Origin: Mobula hypostoma
Lineage: Eukaryota
Assembly: GCF_963921235.1 (NCBI RefSeq)
Contig: NC_086097.1
Coordinates: forward strand, 98,706,001 to 98,770,000
Length of the DNA: 64,000 bases
Direction of reading: 5' to 3'
Shown: positions 59,201 through 64,000 of the stretch, piece after piece
Layout: every line of letters starts with the position of its first letter
How positions within the stretch are numbered: position 1 is the first letter of the stretch
The notes under the pieces: generated by a model
Seen by the model: only the letters and a program-made list of their open reading frames with translations
What the model was told of the DNA's origin: nothing
The model's database searches: none
Program-made: the position numbers and the translations under genes

Positions 59201-62200
59201 CCATTACCCACACTCAGCCCTCCCCTATCCACGACCCTTCCATTATCCACACTCACCCCTCCCCTATCCACGACCCTTCCGTTACCCACACTCACCCCTC
59301 CCCTATCCACGACCCTTCCGTTACCCACACTCACCCCTCCCCTATCCACGACCCTTCCGTTACCCACACTCACCCCTCCCCTATCCACGACCCTTCCATT
59401 ACCCACACTCACCCCTCCCCTATCCACGACCCTTCCGTTACCCACACTCACCCCTCCCCTATCCACGACCCTTCCGTTACCCACACTCACCCCTCCCCTA
59501 TCCACGACCCTTCCGTTACCCACACTCACCCCTCCCCTATCCACGACCCTTCCGTTACCCACACTCACCCCTCCCCTACCCACGACCCTTCCGTTACCCA
59601 CACTCACCCCTCCCCTACCCACGACCCTCCCGTTACCCACACTCACCCCTCCCCTATCCACGACCCTTCCGTTACCCACACTCACCCCTCCCCTATCCAC
59701 GACCCTTCCGTTACCCACACTCACCCCTCCCCTATCCACGACCCTTCCGTTACCCACACTCACCCCTCCCCTATCCACGACCCTTCCGTTACCCACACTC
59801 ACCCCTCCCCTATCCACGACCCTTCCATTACCCACACTCACCCCTCCACTATCCACCACCCTTCCATTATTCACACTCACCCCACCCCTATCAATGACCT
59901 TCCCGTTACCTACCCTCACCCCTCCCCTATCAACGACCCTTCCGTTACCCACACTCATCCCTCCCCTACCCACGACCCTTCCGTTACCCCCACTCACCCC
60001 TCCCCTATCCACGACCCTTCCATTACCCACACTCACCCCTCCCCTATCCACGACCCTTCCGTTACCCACACTCACCCCTCCCCTATCCACGACCCTTCCG
60101 TTACCCACACTCACCCCTCCCCTATCCACGACCCTTCCATTACCCACACTCACCCCTCCCCTATCCAAGACCCTTCCGTTACCCACACTCACCCCTTCCC
60201 TACCCACGACCCTCCCGTTACCCACACTCACCCCTCCCCTATCCACGACCCTTCCATTACCCACACTCACCCCTCCCCTATCCACGACCCTTCCGTTACC
60301 CACACTCACCCCTCCCCTATCCACGACCCTTCCGTTACCCACACTCACCCCTCCCCTACCCACGACCCTCCCATTACCCACAGACACCCCTCCCCTATCC
60401 ACGAACCCTCTGTTACCCACACTGACCCGTCCCCTATCCACGACCCTTCCATTACCCACACTCACCCCTCCCCTATCCACGACCCTTCCGTTACCCACAC
60501 TCACCCCTCCCCTATCCACGACCCTCCCGTTACCCACACTCACCCCTCCCCTACCCACGACCCTCCCATTACCCACAGACACCCCTCCCCTATCCACGAC
60601 CCTTCCGTTACCCCCACTCTCCCCTACCCTATCCACGACCCCCCGTTACCCACACTCACCCATCCCCTATCCACGACACATCCATTACCCACACTCACCC
60701 CTCCCCTATCCACGACCTTTCCGTTACCCACACTCACCCCTCCCCTATCCACGACCCTTCAATTACCCACACTCACACCTCCCCTATGCATGACGCTTCC
60801 ATTATCCACACTCACCCCTCCCCTATCCACGACCCTTCCGTTACCCACACTCACCCCTCCCCTATCCACGACCCTCCCGTTACCCACACTCACCCCTCCC
60901 CTATCCACGACCCTCCCGTTACCCACACTCACCCCTCCCCTATCCACGACCCTTCCGTTACCCACACTCACCCCTCCCCTATCCACGACCCTCCCGTTAC
61001 CCACACTCACCCCTCCCCTACTCACGACCCTTCCATTACCCAGTCACCCCTCCCCTATCCACGACGATTCCGTTACCCACACTCAACCCTCCCCTATAGA
61101 CGACCCTTCAGTTACCCACACTCACCCCTCCCCTATCCGCGACCCTTCCATCACCCACACTCACCCTTCCCCCATCCACGACGCTCCCATTATCCACACT
61201 CACCCCTCCCCTATCCACGACCCTTCCGTTACCCACACTCACCCCTCCCCTATCCATGACCCTTCCATTACCCACACTCACCCCTCCCATATCCACGACC
61301 CTTCCGTTACCCACACTCACCCCTCCCCTATCCACGACCCTTCCGTTACCCACACTCACCCCTCCCCTATCCACGACCCTTCCGTTACCCACACTCACCC
61401 CTCCCCTATTCACGACCCTTCCGTTACCCACACTCACCCCTCCCCTATCCACGACCCTTCCGTTACCCACACTCACCCCTCCCCTATCCACGACCCTTCC
61501 ATTACCCACACTCACCCCTCCCCTATCCATGACCCTTCCGTTACCCACACTCACCCCTCCCCTATCCACGACCCTTCCATTACCCACACTCACCCCTCCC
61601 CTATCCACGACCCTTCCGTTACCCACACTCACCCCTCCCCTACCCACGACCCTTCCGTTACCCACACTCACCCCTCCCCTATCCACGACCCTTCCGTTAC
61701 CCACACTCACCCCTCCCCTACCCACGACCCTTCCGTTACCCACACTCACCTCTCCCCTATCCATGATGCTTCCATTACCCACACTCACCCCTCCGCTACC
61801 CACGATCCATCCGTTACCCACACACACCCCTCCCCTAGCCACGACCCTTCCGTTACCCACACTCACCCCTCCCCTATCCACGACCCTTCCATTACCCACA
61901 CTCACCCCTCCCCTATCCACGACCCTTCCATTACCCACACTCACCCCTCCCCTATCCACGACCCTTCCATTACCCACACTCACCCCTCCCCTATCCACGA
62001 CCCTTCCGTTACCCACACTCACCCCTCCCCTATCCACGACCCTTCCATTACCCACACTCACCCCTCCCCTATCCACGACCCTTCCATGACCCACACTCAC
62101 CCCTCCCCTATCCACGACCCTTCCGTTACCCACACTCACCCCTCCCCTACCCACCACCCTTCCGTTACCCACACACACCCCTCCCCTATCCACGACCCTT

Positions 62201-64000
62201 CCATTACCCACACTCACCCCTCCCCTATCCACGACCCTTCCGTTACCCACACTCACCCCTCCCCTATCCACGACCCTTCCGTTACCCACACTCACCCCTC
62301 CCCTATCCACGACCCTTCCATTACCCACACTCACCCCTCCCCTATCCACGACCCTTCCGTTACCCACACTCACCCCTCCCCTACCCACGACCCTCCCGTT
62401 ACCCACAGTCACCCCTCCCCTATCCACGACCCTTCCGTTACCCACACTCACCCCTCCCCTACCCACGACCCTTCCGTTACCCACACTCAGCCCTCCCCTA
62501 TCCACGAACCTCCGGTTAAAGTCCTTCACCCCTCCCCTATCCACGACCCTTCCGTTACCCACACTCACCCCTCCCCTACCCACGACCCTTCCGTTACCCA
62601 CACTCACCCCTCCCCTATCCACGACCCTTCCGTTACCCACAAACACCCCTCCCCTACCTACGCCACTTCCGTTGCCCCCACTCACCCCTCCCTTATGCAC
62701 GACCCTTCCGTTACCCACAAACACCCCTCCCCTATCGACGACTCTTCCATTACCCACACTCACCCCTCCCCATCCACGAACCTTCCATTACCCACACTCA
62801 CACCTCCCCTATCCACAAACCTTCCATTACCCACACTCACCCCTCCCCTACCTACGACCCTCCCGTTACCCACAGTCACCACTCCCCTATCAACGACCCT
62901 TCCATTACCCACACTCACCGCTCGCCTATCCACGACCCTCCCGTTACCCACACTCACCCCACCCCTATCCACGACCCCTCCGTTACCCACGCTGACCCGT
63001 CCCCTATCAACGACCCTTCCATTACCCACACTCACCCCTCCCCATCCACGACCTTTCCGTTACTCACACTCACCCATCCCCTATCCACGACCCTCCCGTT
63101 ACCCACACTCACCCCTCCCCTACCCACGACCCTCCCATTACCCACAGTCACCCCTCCCCTATCCACGACCCTTCCGTTACCCCCACTCTCCCCTACCCTG
63201 TCCACGACCCCCCGTTACCCACACTCACCCATCCCCTATCCACGACCCTCCCGTTACCCACATTCACCCCTCCCCTATCCACGACCCTTCCGTTACCCAC
63301 ACTCACCCCTCCCCATCCACGAGCCTTCCATAACCCACACTCACCGCTCCCCAATCCACGACCTTCCCATTACCCACAGTCACCCCTCCCCATCCACGAC
63401 CCTCCCGTTACCCACACTCACCCCATCCCCTATCCACGACCCTTCCGTTTACCACAGTCACCCCTCCCCTATCCACGACCCTTCCGTTACCCAAACTCAC
63501 CCCTCCCCATTCCACGACCCTTCAATTACACACACTCACCCCTACGCCATCTACGACCCTTCCATGACCCACACTCACCCCTCCCCTATAGACGACCCTT
63601 CCGTTACCCACACTCACCCCACACCCATCCACGACCTTCCGTTACCCACACTCACCCCTTCATTACCCACCACCCTTCCGTTACCCACACTCACCCCCCC
63701 ATCCGAGACCCTGCCTTATCCACCTCACCTCTCCGCTATCCACGACCCTTCCGTTACCCACAGTCACCCCTTCCCTATCCAGGACCCTTCCGTTACCCAC
63801 ACTCACACCTCCCCTACCCACGACCCTTCCGTTACCCCCACTCACCCCACCCCGACCCACGACTCTTCCGTTACACTCAATCACCCCTCCCCTATCCACG
63901 ACCCTTCTGTAACCCACACTCAACCCTCCCCTACCCACGACCCTTCCGTTACCCACACTCACCCCACCCCTATCCACGACCCTTCCGTTACCCATTCTCA

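Larger units (their letters stand above)
1798..64000. repeat. Giant tandem array (mini/macrosatellite) of a 39-bp C-rich unit, ~1,590 copies, truncated by the window end
   Basis: Continuous head-to-tail copies of acccacactcacccctcccctatccacgacccttcc(g/a)tt from 1798 to the end. Unit composition is A7 C22 G2 T8. Copy number is estimated as ~62,200/39. I saw no interrupting unique sequence or inversion. Confidence 0.98.

Noticed and set aside
1798..64000. Calling the many long ORFs as mucin, extensin or His-rich protein CDSs
   Set aside because: They overlap in four frames, drift between registers at shared indels, and show no signal peptide, cysteine-rich domain or unique coding flank. Openness follows from a stop-free C-rich 39-mer.
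1798..64000. CRISPR array
   Set aside because: Units are directly adjacent with no unique spacers, there are no cas genes, and the context is eukaryotic.
1798..64000. Immunoglobulin switch region
   Set aside because: G-skew is similar, but the unit lacks AGCT/WGCW AID hotspots and no Ig exons are visible.
1798..64000. True telomere tract
   Set aside because: There are no TTAGGG runs, and strand polarity is wrong for a chromosome end to the right.

Overview
Eukaryotic, probably anamniote vertebrate DNA; a cartilaginous fish is plausible from the SINE/LINE relics. About 1.8 kb of unique flank holds a pyrimidine-rich stretch, a decayed V-SINE (HE1-like) and a very decayed CR1-type LINE reverse-transcriptase fragment. 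It is followed abruptly at ~1798 by one tandem array of a 39-bp unit (consensus acccacactcacccctcccctatccacgacccttccRtt) that fills the remaining ~62 kb (~1,590 units) and runs off the right edge. The unit is 13 codons, extremely strand-skewed (22 C vs 2 G on +) and stop-free in 4 of 6 frames, which explains almost the whole ORF track. Single-base indels shared between duplicated blocks argue it is a non-coding mini/macrosatellite, not one mucin exon. The array has internal history: a left domain with ~4-5 kb and ~9-10 kb higher-order duplications, a divergent transition zone, and a right domain with its own variants and a ~2-kb higher-order repeat. No protein-coding gene can be confidently called, and I cannot demonstrate a new biological system. 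The best leads are the per-unit G-quadruplex/5'-splice-site architecture and possible translation of the first ~1 kb of the array.
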